Shown here: piece by piece, positions 13,202-26,821 of the stretch
Position numbering within the stretch: position 1 is the stretch's first letter
Layout of the letters: each line of letters begins with the position of its first letter
Assembly (NCBI GenBank): GCA_965649765.1
Contig: OZ287752.1
Coordinates: 27,094,001-27,158,000 of the forward strand
Source of the DNA: Bispira polyomma
Lineage: Eukaryota
Length of the DNA stretch: 64,000 nucleotides
Direction of reading: 5' to 3'
Made by a program: the position numbers and the translations under genes
The notes under the pieces: generated by a model
Told to the model about the DNA's origin: nothing
Database searches by the model: none
What the model saw: only the letters and a program-made list of their open reading frames with translations

Positions 13202-16200
13202 GTAAGTATGTGTGTCTAGACAGTACAAGTCATTTGCATGTGGTCTATGTGGCCTAGAGTGTCTGAATTTGAGGGTCCAGGTTCTATCACTAGAACCTCT
13301 ATTATCCAAAATTCTATTATCCGAATATTTGATTTTATTATTTCATTTTCACTCACCAAGTTTACGTTTACCTATTGTTTTATATGGAAATACCTCTTCT
13401 ATTTTATGAACCTTCTATTATATCCAAAATCTTGCCCTCTCAACATGTTCGGATAATGGAGGTTATACTGTAATTTCCATGTTTAGTTTTGGACCAATCC
13501 CTAGACCCTCTCCTTGTACCAGACATAAGTGGTCTGTCCAAGGTTGACATATCATAAAGTGATGGCTTTTGTAATTTATGTCATCAATAAGGTGGGTAAA
13601 TCAAGCAGGCTGATTTAAGTCTGTTAAAATTCCCTATCCAATATTTTTTTCAAGCAATCGAGTTTGAAGGATGCACTAAAGTCCTTGTAAATATGGATTG
13701 CTCATTCATAGCCCTATCCAGTGGTGGGTAAGGCATTTCATTAAAGTTGATATTGGGGAATACAAAAAAATTGGAACCTTTTCTTTCGAAAGAATAAAAG
13801 TATGCCCAAAACGAAACAGGAAGTGGGAAGCGCTAAATTGTGTACATATGGATTTACAAGTAAAATAGAATAAAATTGTTACATTGTGATGAAAATTAGT
13901 GTATGAGAGTGATAAAATAACCATTAAATTTTATGATCTAAGCACTGCCTCAAGTTAAAATATCTGCACACATATACTGCCCATCAATATCAGTGACCAT
14001 TAAAACAATAAATATTGCTGATAGCAATAAACAAATTACCTACTAAAATGTAATCTTCCATACATACTCTTCTACTGACTTTGTATGCTGTTTAGTACTG
14101 AATATGTTCTATAGAATCAGTCGTATCTTTATTGATTTAATAATCTTTTGGAGTTTAATCAGTCATTCTACTCCAAGGATAGTCTGTCGCTTTAAATATC
14201 TACATGAGGTTGTTTTTAAACTTCAACTCGGCAGTTTTCAATTTTACATTCAACTTTCACACTCGTTTTTTTAGTTTTGTGTTTATGCCTCAATTCTGAT
14301 TGACTTAAATTTGTTGAATATTGTTCATATCTTAGCTTTTTGCTTTTGAATTTGATCTTCCACTTCAAACTCTATTCGGTGTCACTTTAAAATTCAGAGT
14401 TTCTACAGAAAAACCATGTGAGATGTAAATGATAATAATGCAAGTATTAAGGAATGATTCCACCACACTGTGAATAATATAAAAAACTGCCCAAATAAAT
14501 TTTTTTTAAATCTTAAAAATATTCTAAAATCTTTGCACGATGCTTAAACCCCCCCCCCCCCCCCCCTCCTCTAAAGTAACACATTTTCTTGACTTAAATC
14601 TTAAAGATGATAAACAGAATTTAATAGACATTTTAAGTGTTTTGTTACTTGGTTAATCAAATATCTTTTATTTGGTAGAACTTCTAATGTGGAGTGATCA
14701 ATACTGTAAGGGAAAACAAGTTTTTCTTAAAATGATCCAAAAGGAAATGAATGGCTTTTCTGATGAGAAAAGTGTTGAAAAAATATTTAAAAAATAGATT
14801 ATTGTAGTTAAACAAAAAAGACAGGCAATCTCTTCCTGTACATAATATTTATGACCTTTTTCTGCAGTATATGAGATGAATTTTGTCATTACCTGGGGTA
14901 GATAGGTCTTCATTAACAACTTTTAATATTTTCCTGGGTCTAAATGCTGTAAGTTAATCTTCTCACTTCACTTTGCTGAGTAATTTTAACATATTGTCTT
15001 CATGTCATAAACAAATTAATTAAAAGTGTCTCCGTTCATTTTTCCCACATTTTCATTATTTTAGGAAGATCATTATCATGACCAGAAAGATTTGAGTTAC
15101 AAGTCAGGTTTATTGCCATAGAAACTGTAATAGTTTCACTGCAAGAACATTTGACATTTTGGGTGTTTTTAAGAAATAATTTCTCTGGAAGTTTTCTATG
15201 CTTTCATGTCTACATTTCTAGTAAATAAATTCAATGAACTTGGGACACAAATGTTTAGTTTCACTATTCTGTTTCATCATTGAAAAATAGCAAAAAATGA
15301 AGTTTCATTGAAAATGTCACTTTTTATTGTCTTGATAGTGCATTAAAAATTTCAAGTTACCTGGTTAGAATGTTGGAAGGTTCACCCATCCAGCTGAACT
15401 AAATAGGTCCATTTGAAAATAGAAGGGAGTTTGTATCAAGGAATCTATTTATACTTGATGCATCAATCAGGGCCTATATTCTCCACAAAGAAACTCAAGC
15501 TCAAAACTTATGCTAAATTCAAATGAAGGCTATATATGAAACATACTTGTACATGGATTAAACCTTTACTTGTGACCATTCATTTAAAGAGATTTTAGTG
15601 CTGAATTCAAATCTGCAGTCAGATTTTACTTATTATTTTCAATCGAGCTAGAGATACAGGAACTTCATATTTGAGCTTGAGTCGGAGTTGAGCTTGAGAT
15701 TTTTTGAAATACAGTCCCTGATGTATAAATATAGACTTATGTGAAGTGATGTTACATTTAAGTGCATGGATGGTTGTTTAAGTGAAAGTGGAGTTAATAA
15801 TTTGAGGAAGTTATGACTGTAGAATTGTGACCAGAAAGTCATTCTTAAAACCTAGATCTAATTAAGTTGTCCAGCATATAGAGAAATACTTTGAAAAATA
15901 AATGTAACCTTCATTGCTTTGAACTAATTGGTGTTTCAGTGCATCTCTTACACTCCAATCTCTTTCTGGCAAGAAAACTACTGAAGAACAAAATCAGCCT
16001 CTTTATCTTCTTCATCTGTTTTTGCGAGGAGCCTCGGTTTCTTAATAAAAGTTGATTCACGAGCTCTGTGAAACCTGGCAATTTAGAAACCATTTTACAC
16101 GATGCTGACCTCGATAGAGAAAGAATTGTGAAGACAGTAGCTACATGATGCCTTGCTTAAATTGAAAGTGTAATCTGTTCAGAATCTTCCCATATTGTCT

Positions 16201-17834
16201 TTAAATAATACTAGAGTAAACTAAGTATTTATATTTATAGTCAACACATGTATGTTAAAGGAATGTTACACAATGTATAGGTGTATACAATTAATTGGTT
16301 TTAAATTAAAGAATGAATATCTTAAAAATGTTTCTCAAAAACTGGACTGAGGTGGGCATGTATCAGTCTTTTTTAAAGTTCAATTAAAAAATTGAAAAGC
16401 CATTTCTAAAAAAAATCAGAATAGAGTAAACTCTGTGTAAGTCAACTATCAAATATTTACAGGATTAGGTTCTACTTATGACTCCCTTCTACTTGAATCT
16501 CATTTTGACTGTTAGGAATAGAAAATTGATTCTAAATATTGGCAAGTTCAACTTACACTGATTGTTGTTACAAAGATTCTACTTGTATATATTGAAAATA
16601 ATCTAGGAACAATATCTCCTCAAAGACAATCAACAGTAGCCCTGAGTCTAACCATTTAAAAAAAAGGGAGTTTATGGTAACCAAGAGGAAGTAATGTGTT
16701 TTCTATTGGTTGTATCAAGTGTATGGGGGAGAAGACTAAAGCAAGTCAATTACTGCCCCATCTCTTTGAGAAGTTCTGTTATGTTTTGATCCTAGCATCG
16801 GTGACATCAGTTATACTGAAGCCTCTTTGCTGCCACTAAAGACTGAACAAAAAAAACTAATATACACTTAAGAGATTTTCTTGCGGGCGAGAAACAGAAG
16901 AGAAATGTTCTAGTCAAAGAAAGGAAAAAGAAAGAAACTTGCTGCATTGGTCCCCATTTTTTGCATGCAAATTTAACCTTTACAGAAGCAGCTTAAAATT
17001 CTGGGAATAAACAAACTGCAATAAAACCTCTTATCATCCAAGCATTTTGGGAGAGCAAAATTTTATCATTTTACTGTGAAACATCAGGAGAGTGTACATT
17101 TGGGACATTGAAGTTGAGATTAAAAAAAAAATCAAATATTTTTGGAAGTTCAGATAATAGAGGTTCCACTGTAGTTCCAAGATTCACAACCTTTTAGGTG
17201 AAATCAGAATGTTGTTGTTCATAATTCGAATATTTCGGAAAATCGAATTTTTGATAATACTATCGTAATAGAAGTTCTACTGTATATGTTTGAGAATACG
17301 GGCCCCGATCCCAAACTATATAGTTCCCAGTCCTATGGAGTTGAATGGTGAAATTTTAACTTAGGGGTAAATATTGTGGTGTATAGGTTACAGTATGCAT
17401 ATTTACTGATGACACAGATTAATTGTAACTTATCTAAAACTTGCATGAATAAGCATGCGTTGCTTCTTTTTTTGCTTCCAAATTCACAACACTTGAGTGC
17501 ATGAGATACTTGTAAGCCTTAAATCGCGATTCTTGTTTCAGTTGTAAATATAGCAAAATTTTTATTATCTGAACATTGTAAGATCAACATTTTGTTTGGA
17601 TAATAGAAGATATTTTGGTAGAAAACAACAGGAAAACATAAATTTGGGAAAGTGAAAATTGGTTAAAAAATTGGATATGGGGGTAGATAATAGAAGTTTG
17701 GATAATAGAGGTTCTACTGTATTTAGTTATCTCTACCATAATAAGAAAATTAAAGTAAAGATAAAAAGTAAAATAAAATTACTCGCGAAATTGACTGATC
17801 AGTTAACCTTGTTGTTGTTATTTCTCTATTGTAG

Positions 17835-18059
<225 letters not shown>

Positions 18060-18489
18060 TAGCAACACTTGTTTGGATGTTTAAAATTACAGTAAAAACC
18101 CTCATATAAGGAACGCTCATGGGACCAAACCAAATTGTTCACTATAAACAGATATTCACTATTTCGTAGGTACTGTACAATTCGCCAATATCAAAATGTG
18201 ACCGTGTTCACTGTCGGAGGTTTTCCCTACACTTTGTATAAGCCGAATGTCCAATCACCTCCCGTAGGATTTAGTTCACCTTCAGGCTAATTTCTACTTA
18301 GTGTGAGAAATCTAAAATTGGCCACTGTATCTGAAATTGGCCACCCCTAAAATTTAAGCTAAATTAATAAAAAGTGGCGAAATATAACTGGAATTTGGAT
18401 GACTAAGGCAAAATAATCACAAAAATCTTGATTTCAGCAAATATTAACCACAATTCTACCCAAAACACATTTTCTGGGCGGCCCTGTAA

Positions 18490-18665
18490 TAAAAAATTTT
18501 TTTTTGCAATATTTTTTTGGGGTCATAAAATTTTTTTTTTTTTGCAATATTTTTTGGGGTCATGAAACTTTTTTTTTTAAATTTTTTTTCGGGGTCATAA
18601 AATTCTTTTTCTTTAATATTTTCTTTTGGGGTCATCAACTTTTTTTTTTTTTGCAAATTTTTAAT
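18490..18665. repeat. Minisatellite, about four ~35-38-bp units (AATATTTTTTTGGGGTCATAAAATTTTTTTTT)
   Basis: GGGGTCAT recurs at ~18519, 18556, 18592, 18629; lies within a larger HINE-like repeat (~18230-18890). Confidence 0.85.
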
Positions 18666-19694
18666 TTTTTTCTTAAAAAATCGCTCTCTCGCCATTTTTG
18701 GCGGCCAACTTGAATTTCTGTGTTAAACGCAAAAACGCGTTTATCTCTGAAGCGGTGCAAGATAGAGTGATTTTGGCCGAATTTTGGGCCCAGAGGGTAT
18801 ATGCAGAGTAATCCACACGATTTTCATAAAAATCGCTCACCCACCATCAAAATACATTTAACGTCACACAATGTCTCATTGGGACGCTTTGTTTTTGCTG
18901 TACAAAAACAATTTCCTTTCATTTGCAAAGCAGTACTCTAGTTTATTCTAGTATTTTTTATGTAGTGACCAGAAAATTGGTTCTAGTTGTGGAGAAGTTT
19001 GACTTATACTGGTTCTAGTTACAATAGTCCGCTGTGTAAGGTTGTACAGTAATAGTGTATAACAAGTGAATGAAATAGGAGCAGATAGTTATTGTACGTG
19101 CCCATATCAGCATTCCCACAGCCATGGAAAACAAAAGTGGTTATGGAAAAATTCGGGAAAAGTCATGGATTTTTTTGTAGTCTAGATAAAATTGTATATG
19201 GTATAACTGTGATAAAATGTTGGGTTTAGGAAATTTTTTGGTGAAATTGATTCCATTTTATGTCTTTTAATAGACATTTTATAATCAAATGTCGCAAAAT
19301 TCAATGATTATATATGCATTGAAAATTTCCTTAGGAAAAGTCATCAATTTTTTTTACCTCCCTTTTCTGTGGCATTCCTGGATGAACTAAATCTGATTTA
19401 AAATTTAACTGTGTCGATTTTTCTATTTTATTGAGCAGAATACTTGGTGTTTATTTTTTGACCTAATTCAAGGTGAACAAAACTAAAAATCACCAAATAT
19501 CTAAAGTTTGCCATCTAAAATATACAAATTATAGGAGAAAGACATGTAGTTGTAATAAATTATTAGTTGAAAAACAAAGTAAAAAACTGGTATTTTTTAA
19601 AATGTATGAAAAGTAACACACTTAGTAAATTTTCGAAATGTGTGTGAGTTTTTCCATTCCTTACTGTACAAAGTTTGCATTGTTTATTTTTCAG

Positions 19695-19832
19695 ATGATA
19701 GAGACTGATTGTTTCAAAGAACTAAACCAGTTTGGTCCTGATAATAGTCCAACCCTTGACCTAGTGGAGGACCCTCCCCCTACTCCCCCTAAAGATGGCT
19801 TCTTCAGAAGGTTGTTCAAAAAAAAACAAAAG
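19695..19832 (+). CDS. GRK5: GRK exon H (MIETDCFKELNQFGPDNSPTLDLVEDPPPTPPKDGFFRRLFKKKQK)
   Basis: tttcag|ATG...AAG|gtgagc; ends in a basic amphipathic membrane-binding helix like GRK5/6 (GFFRRLF). Confidence 0.95.
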
Positions 19833-19939
19833 GTGAGCATATACGCTGACTTTACCACAGAACCGAATTATTATTAATATTTTATGTTATAAATAGTCTT
19901 TCAACTCTTCCAAATTACATTTTCCTGTCATTCATTCCT

Positions 19940-20188
19940 TGAATTTGGATGTTTAACGTCCACTCTAGTACCTGTTTAGGTTATATTAGGACGGGTAGTT
20001 GGAAACGCTGGAGGAAACACTGCATACAGTTGATCAAGGTTCTGCACTGAAACCAGCGGCCCACAGTATGGAACTACCACCTTTCCCACATAGGCATCGA
20101 CGGGATTCGAACTCACGCCGCCCAGAGGTGAGAGACCAGTGATTGTGAAGCGCAATGCTTGCTAACCACTAGGCCACCGCTTCCCCCG
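19940..20188 (-). mobile_element. SINE family A, perfect 14-bp TSD TGTCATTCATTCCT
   Basis: Reverse complement of other copies; TSD 19926-19939 / 20189-20202. Confidence 0.95.
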
Positions 20189-20311
20189 TGTCATTCATTC
20201 CTAAAATGTATCTTCTATTAAAATGTCTTTTCTATTTCGTGCGCCGTCTATTATTTAGACCAAATATTTCTCTCCCAACGTGTTCACATAACAGAGGTTC
20301 TACTGTATTAA

Positions 20312-21060
20312 ATTAGGTGATAATCGCACCTAATATGTTAATATGCGTCTGGTGGTCGTTGGCATGGCAACAATTTTGGGACAACGTCATCTCAGAACTT
20401 TCAAGGATTTCAGCTTTCATATTTGGCATACATATGGGGTCTGTTTCAGTGACGATCCATTCATAATTTCGTGTTAATACAGCTAAAAATTAGCTGTTTT
20501 ATTGGCGAATAGTTTTCGTTGTTTTTGTGAATTAAATAAAAGTATGGAATAAGGACATGTGTTCTTCCGAACATGCGCAGTGCCGAGATCGATATACTCT
20601 TGCTAATTTATGCTCACGAAGGTGGAAATTTAGATGGTTTTAGCAATGTCTAGTGTATGTTCAAAGATGGAGGTTCGTGTGCAATTTCGGAATTAGAAAA
20701 ATTAATCTCTTCGTTAACCCTAAAACTATAAATTTTTCTTTATTATTTAATAATTTGCATTTAATATGTTAACTACTTACAATAGTGAAGCAAATGGATT
20801 TCATTGGTTAACCTGTTTTGAGTTTTAGCCCACAGCCTATACATGCGGCTATGGGGTATTATATCCATCCGGGTTGTACGGGCTAGTTCTCAGTAATGGA
20901 GAGGCCAAGGAAGTTCATATTTGGTATAGTGTGCAACATCATGGCTGACCTCATTTTGATCTTTAACTCATGACCTTGACTTTGAAAACCTTGTCAGGGC
21001 TATTTCAAAGAAATGGTGAGGCCGAGGAAGTTTAGAATTGGTACCAATATATACTAAAAC
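20312..21060. mobile_element. Two adjacent HINE-like remnants
   Basis: Terminal hairpin ATTAGGTGATAATCGCACCTAAT; TTCATATTTGG and GACCTTGAC motifs typical of mollusc Helentron-derived repeats. Confidence 0.45.
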
Positions 21061-21336
21061 AACAAAAAATTGAGTTCATTAAATGGAAAATTGGGAAACA
21101 AATGATAAAATTTTACAGTATTTGTTTGAGTCTCTACTGTAGTGAAAGACTTCTTTTTATATTTATGTCAGCAGTAGACCTGCTGGAGGCTGTTGGATGG
21201 TGATTCACAGTGCAACTACTTGACCAACTACCAAATTTGATTTCCTCCACCCAAATGTGTTGAAAGCGACGTTAAACGCAAACTAATCTATATTTAAGTG
21301 TTAATTGCTTTGTTTTCTGTGATTTTGTTTTTCTAG

Positions 21337-21357
21337 GACAGGGTATCAAATACCTGA
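21337..21357 (+). CDS. GRK5: Probable GRK terminal coding exon (DRVSNT*)
   Basis: Strong polypyrimidine acceptor (gattttgtttttctag|GAC) in phase 0, stop TGA 21355-21357; alternative acceptors nearby (see findings). Confidence 0.6.
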   Translation, partial: DRVSNT

Positions 21358-22211
21358 GTGTTCATTCTACATACGCGTGTGTGTGTGTGTGTTTGTGTTT
21401 GGTGTTCAATTCCAGCGTCACCTGGGCTGCCTTAGGGCGGCGACGATCATAGGACGGATCACATGACATGAAGATATTTACTCTCTTTCTCTCTACACAG
21501 ATATCTCTCTGTCAACTATTGCTACAACGTTTTCAGGATTGTTTATTATCTTTGCAATATAATTCTAACATGACAGGCCTCTGTCATAGGTTCTGATTGG
21601 TTAAAAAATATGATATAATTTTAAAAATAAGCCAGGCATACACCAGAATTTTACCATGATTAGAAGCCTAGGAGCATGGAGGCAAAGATTGCTAAAATTA
21701 TATCCCCATTTTGGATTGTGTTACTATGATTCTAATTTGACCAACTAAAATTATACTTTATTTTACCATACTTCAGAACCAATCAGAATTGGCACACAAA
21801 CTCCTTCTGTTGAAATATATATGACCAACATGTAGGAACCACCAAGACTGTTTTTTCCTCCATGCTATTTTTGGTACCACTAGTTAAACTAGAGTTCCAC
21901 TAGTTTTGCAATTATGTTAAATCAAGCAAGTTTCAGGCAATAGTTTAGTTTGTCTTGTTAAGAGTTTTTGTACTTAGTGGTCTAACACCAGTCTTGTTAA
22001 AATCCTAGTGGCCGTATTCTAAAAGGATCTCAAGCTCAATTTTGGCTCAAGCCCAAATTTAAAGTCCACATATCTCTGTCTAGGGTAAAGTTAAGTAAAA
22101 TTTGACAGCATATTTCAATTCAGCACTGAAGGCTCTATTAAAATGAATGGTCACAAGTGTAGGTTGTCTTCATATACAAGGACTTCTGCATATAGCCTTC
22201 ATTTGAGTTGA

Positions 22212-22482
22212 GGGGCCGCGGTGGCCTAGTGGTTAGCAAGCATTGCGCTTTACAATCATTGGTCTCTCACCTCGGGGATCGGCTGGCCTGGGTTCGACTC
22301 TCGTCGATGCCTATGTGGGGAAGGTGGTAGTTCCTTACTGTGGGTCGCTGGTTTCAGTGCAGAACCTTGATCAACTGTATGCAGTGTTTCCTCCAGCGTT
22401 TCCAACTACCCGTCCCAATATAACCTACTAAAAGGTACTAGAGTGGACGTTAAACATTCCAATTAAAAAAAAAAAAAAAAAA
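22212..22482 (+). mobile_element. SINE family A, first of a tandem pair, poly(A) tail
   Basis: Full-length copy flanked by (T/A)TCATTTGAGTTGA. Confidence 0.95.
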
Positions 22483-22496
22483 ATCATTTGAGTTGA

Positions 22497-22764
22497 GGAT
22501 CCGCGGTCGCCTAGTGGTTAGCGAGCGTTGCACTTCACAATCACTGGTCTTTCACCTGTGGGATCGGCTGGCCTGGGTTCGACTCTCGTCAATGTCTATG
22601 TGGGAAAGGTGGTACATGTGTAGTTACTTACTATGGGCCGCTGGTTTCAGTGCAGAACCTCGATCAACTGTATGCAGTGTTTCCTCTAGCGTTTCCAACT
22701 ACCCATTCCAATATAACCTAAACAGGTACTAGGGTGGATGTTAAATATCCCAATTCAATTTAAA
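22497..22764 (+). mobile_element. SINE family A, second of the tandem pair
   Basis: Full-length copy followed by TTCATTTGAGTTCA. Confidence 0.93.
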
Positions 22765-25664
22765 TTCATTTGAGTTCAGTTGGAGTTTCTTTCGAGAATA
22801 CGGGCCCTGGTATATATATCCATTGGGTTTTGTCATGGGATACTCATTATACATAGAATTAATTACAGGGCAACAAGGTAGATATATTAGGCTGCATTTC
22901 TAGGTGATGTCCTTGTTTCATATATAATGTGTTTAAATGTATTGGATCTGCTGATGCAGAATTAGTGAATTGTTGAATTTAACAAAGCAGGAAGTCCCAA
23001 CATAACTTGGTAAAATGTACAAGAACTTCTGCTGTACTCAAGTAGTGTTATAACAGTTTTGTAAACAAAAGTGGTGAGGGGAAAAATGTTGATTTAGACA
23101 TTTTAAAATGATATAATTGCTTTCGAAATAATAATATACAGTAGACTTTATATAACTAGAACCTCCAATACCCACAGGATTTGGTTCTAGTTGTGGCTAA
23201 CTTACACTTATACCAACAAAAATAAAGGAATTTTCTGATGTTGGGACCTCAAAAGTGGTTGCACTTATACCTAAATTCGACTTACACTGGTTCTACTTAT
23301 ACAGAGTCTAAGGTACATGTATGAAATATGAAACTATGTGTCTACTTTTCATGTTGGAAGGATTGTTCAAAGTTGTTAATAATGGACGATAAATGAAGGT
23401 TTAAGTGGGTTCTCGTTTCAATGAAATAGGATTCGGGTGGGTAAACACTCCCCTGATCCAGCCAAAGTGTTCACTATAGATAGGAATTCAATTCAACTAA
23501 AACAGGGACTAGTTTTGCAGTTTCCAAGTGCCATAATTTTCTTCCCTTTCATTAAATATTCAACTTTTAATCTCAATTTCTTATAAATAGAGTGTAAAAG
23601 TTCTCGAACAAGAATTGTTTCAAAGTTTCGTTGTTATCTAAATGATTGATTTTATAAATAATGGATTTTATTTACTCAAAATGTCAAGTTACTAATTATT
23701 CCATATATATATATATATTCCTAACATGATCTACTAAAATATACATATTTTATTTGTATGAGTCTTCTATTATCCGAGCTGATACTGTTTGGGCAATAGA
23801 AGTCCATTGTGAAACTGTCGTGGCTGCCCATTGAACAAGTGAATGCTGATGATATTATTTATAGTATGTGTCAAAGGAATCACATGCACTTTTGTATTGC
23901 GTAATATGCAGAATCCGTAGCTGATTTGGACAGCACTAACGTAGACATAATATGTACAAATCTATGTATATATGTACACTATTAAACCTCTTTAAGAAAT
24001 ACCTCTGTTTAAAGCTCGATTTCCAACTTAAAAGGGTAGATTTTCAAAATCAAAAAACCCTTTTTGGGACTACAGACTTTTCCCCATGTAAGAGGGAAAT
24101 TGATTCTTCAGAGTTCAGTTGAGTCGTTATTTTCTGCTTAAAGGGGTTCAACTAAATGTATGTATATATAGATTCCTTTAGATATATATTTATATATAAA
24201 CACATGTATAAATAGTTTGTATAAATTGTGAGGTATTTTATTTGAACTTTAGTTATAGATTATATAACCATAATGCAGTTATGTAGATGTTGTTATGGTA
24301 TAGAAAAAAAAAGAATGTTTTCTTTTATTATCCTTTTCTTATCAAGTCGATGTTGTTATTTAGGTTCTGGGTGATCAAGTATAAATGGCCTTATTTTAAG
24401 ACCAAATCTTTGCAATGTGTTGCCTCTGTTTCCCAGGCATACTAATATTGCGAGAGATTTTATTTGGCTAAGAGAAAAAATATCACGAATAAGCAGTTAC
24501 ATTTATGTATAACAATAAATTAGTTTGTAAATTATGAAATATTTTGGGAAAGCAGATACGCTTTCTTAAGGTTTTTTCCAATCAAGGATTTAGCTAATTA
24601 ATTAATGCAATTAATATATACTGGCAATCTGTTTTTCTCAGTGGAATGTCATGTATACTACCAGTGTATTGTATACTGTGAACTTTAGAATGCTCCCTAT
24701 AGTCAGGTTTTTGCAGTAATTTTTGCCAGTATTTCACTTTTGTGGTCATTAAAAAGCACTGGCAACATGTTCTACACTGAGCTGTCCACTGATTTTGTGC
24801 TGCTCTTGAATGGCTACTCTAATTGGGTGTGTACCTAATTACAGTTTTACACATTTAAGTCCAACCTCAAGGAAAGAGGTGAAATACCTCTACTTATGCA
24901 GAATTTCTGCTTAACAGTGCAGATTTTAAAGAAAAGGGCCATTGTGTGACTCAAAATATTTTATTTTATAGAAAAGAGATATGATTTAACAGAGTTCTAC
25001 TTAAAGGGGTTTGACTGTCCAGTAGAACCTCTATTATCAGAACATGTTTGGAGAGCAAAACTTTGTTCATAAAAGAGAGGAGAGTTAAACTTTGTAATTA
25101 TAAAATCGAATATCCATAAAGTGTAAGATTAGATAATAGAGGTTCTATTGTGTTAAAAAAATTATCACTCAGGTGACTGTACAGTAATACTTTAGTATTG
25201 AGTAATTATTTGGTGTTCAGGCTGCATTCATTCTATATGACGTTTCTGCTGTTTGTCCCCATCATATTTAATATTAATAACTCATGGGCTTGTCATTTTG
25301 GAAGAAGGTTTTTAATACAGGATCGTCTGTACAGGGTAGAGTTGGTGCAATAGATTTAGTGCAATAGTGGATTTTACGTCAATCCAAAACTTGCCAATAC
25401 TGTAAGGGACTTTTAGGGTGTCTCCATTTTAACATACAATCTAGCTTCACATGGAGAAGAACTTTTGCGTCAGTTTCAAACTTTTTAAGTGTGTTGTTGT
25501 GTATATATAAAGTGAAAGAAGCTAATTTGTAAGAGGTAAATTGTTCTCTGTTTTCTTTTCTGTTGTCACATATTTGAAATAAGCCAATTATAAAAAAGAA
25601 GACTATAGTCTAAAAAGATGAGAAATTGGCCCAGTCTTTAATTAGGTGATGTAGAGTGGCTATA

Positions 25665-25836
25665 CAGTAGACTGTAAAACTAGAACCTCTTATATCCACT
25701 GGATTTGGTTCTAGTTGTAGCCAACTTCCACTTATACTTACAAAAATACAGCATTTTCTGATGTTGGGACCTCAAAACTGGTTCCACTTATACCTAAATT
25801 TGACTTATACTGGTTCTAGTTATACAGAGTCTACTA
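25665..25836. mobile_element. Tc1/mariner-like MITE family 3 (close copy 23139-23310; degenerate ~16425-16585)
   Basis: TA|CAGTAGACT..AACTAGAACC ... GGTTCTAGTTATACAGAGTCTACT. Confidence 0.8.
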
Positions 25837-26821
25837 TAGTTAGTTTGTGGCTGTAGTTGTGTACTCAAGGAAACGTTAAGTAGTGCCCAGTATAATCCCA
25901 GAAAGCAGAGAGATATTGCCTTGAGTTCATTAAATTTTTTAAAAGTTCATTCATAAAATCAATCTCCATTTTCTGCTGTTACAACTTTAAAAAAAAGGTC
26001 AGCAATATTGACCTTGGTTTGGAAATGGGTCTTTTGTTAGTAGTCCCTTAGAACATGTAATATCCCTCTGGGAATTGAATCCCACAGATTCATTCTTCCT
26101 GTGAGAAATTTTGTCAGATACTTACTGTTGGTCGGTGGTTTACAGTGCATCAGCACTGGTTTTCCCCACCACTAATCCTGGCTGTCAAGACATGACCAAT
26201 GCTGTTGAAAATGACGTAAACCCAAATAAATTTAAATTTAAACATTTTATCTTAACCTGCGGATTCTTTTTTCAATTAACTTGTCTATTTTCAGTGCCTT
26301 TTACCAAATGTAACAAGGATTCCAGTGTTTCTTACAAGTGCTCTTGTCAAATAGCTCTAACTGGTAAAAGCATGTTTTCAGTGTTAACACAATGTTTATG
26401 TGTCTGTTTTTTTTTCTTTTATCTAGAGTCAGATATTGTTTGTATGTTACATTTAGTGTACAAACGTAAGTAGTCCAAGAAAATGTATGTTATGTATTAT
26501 TATTATTTTAATAGATTTCTTAATGACATATAAATACTGATACACAACTTGTAAATTGTAAAAATAGCACAAGTATTGGCAAGTAGACCATTATTATCAG
26601 TGTAATCTAACCTTCGGAGTTACACAGCTTCTGTTATCCGAAGTGTGGTTACACAGATAGTTTAATTTTGTAAACTCATTTCAATTTCTCAGCAACTTTA
26701 CATTTCTTTTTAGAAAGTACATGTGGTAAGAAAAAATAAGATTGGGACAGTGAAATCTAGTTCTTTAAATCAAATATTAAGATGATATAGATTTTGCTAT
26801 ACTAACATGAATTTCTATATA

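Larger units (their letters stand above)
22010..22806. mobile_element. Harbinger-type MITE interrupted by the tandem SINE pair (empty copies 15471-15717 and 46841-47077; interrupted copy 30766-31721)
   Basis: GGCCGTATTCT ... AGAATACGGGCC ends, CWG-type flanks; shared internal AAATGAATGGTCACAAGT and AATTCAGCACT. Confidence 0.8.

Noticed and set aside
18456-18713. Lys-rich and Phe-rich ORFs on both strands
   Set aside because: Translation of a T-rich minisatellite.
22243-22732. ORFs 22243-22431, 22493-22732 and 38585-38767 that look like a small paralogous protein family
   Set aside because: They are chance reading frames inside SINE family A copies.
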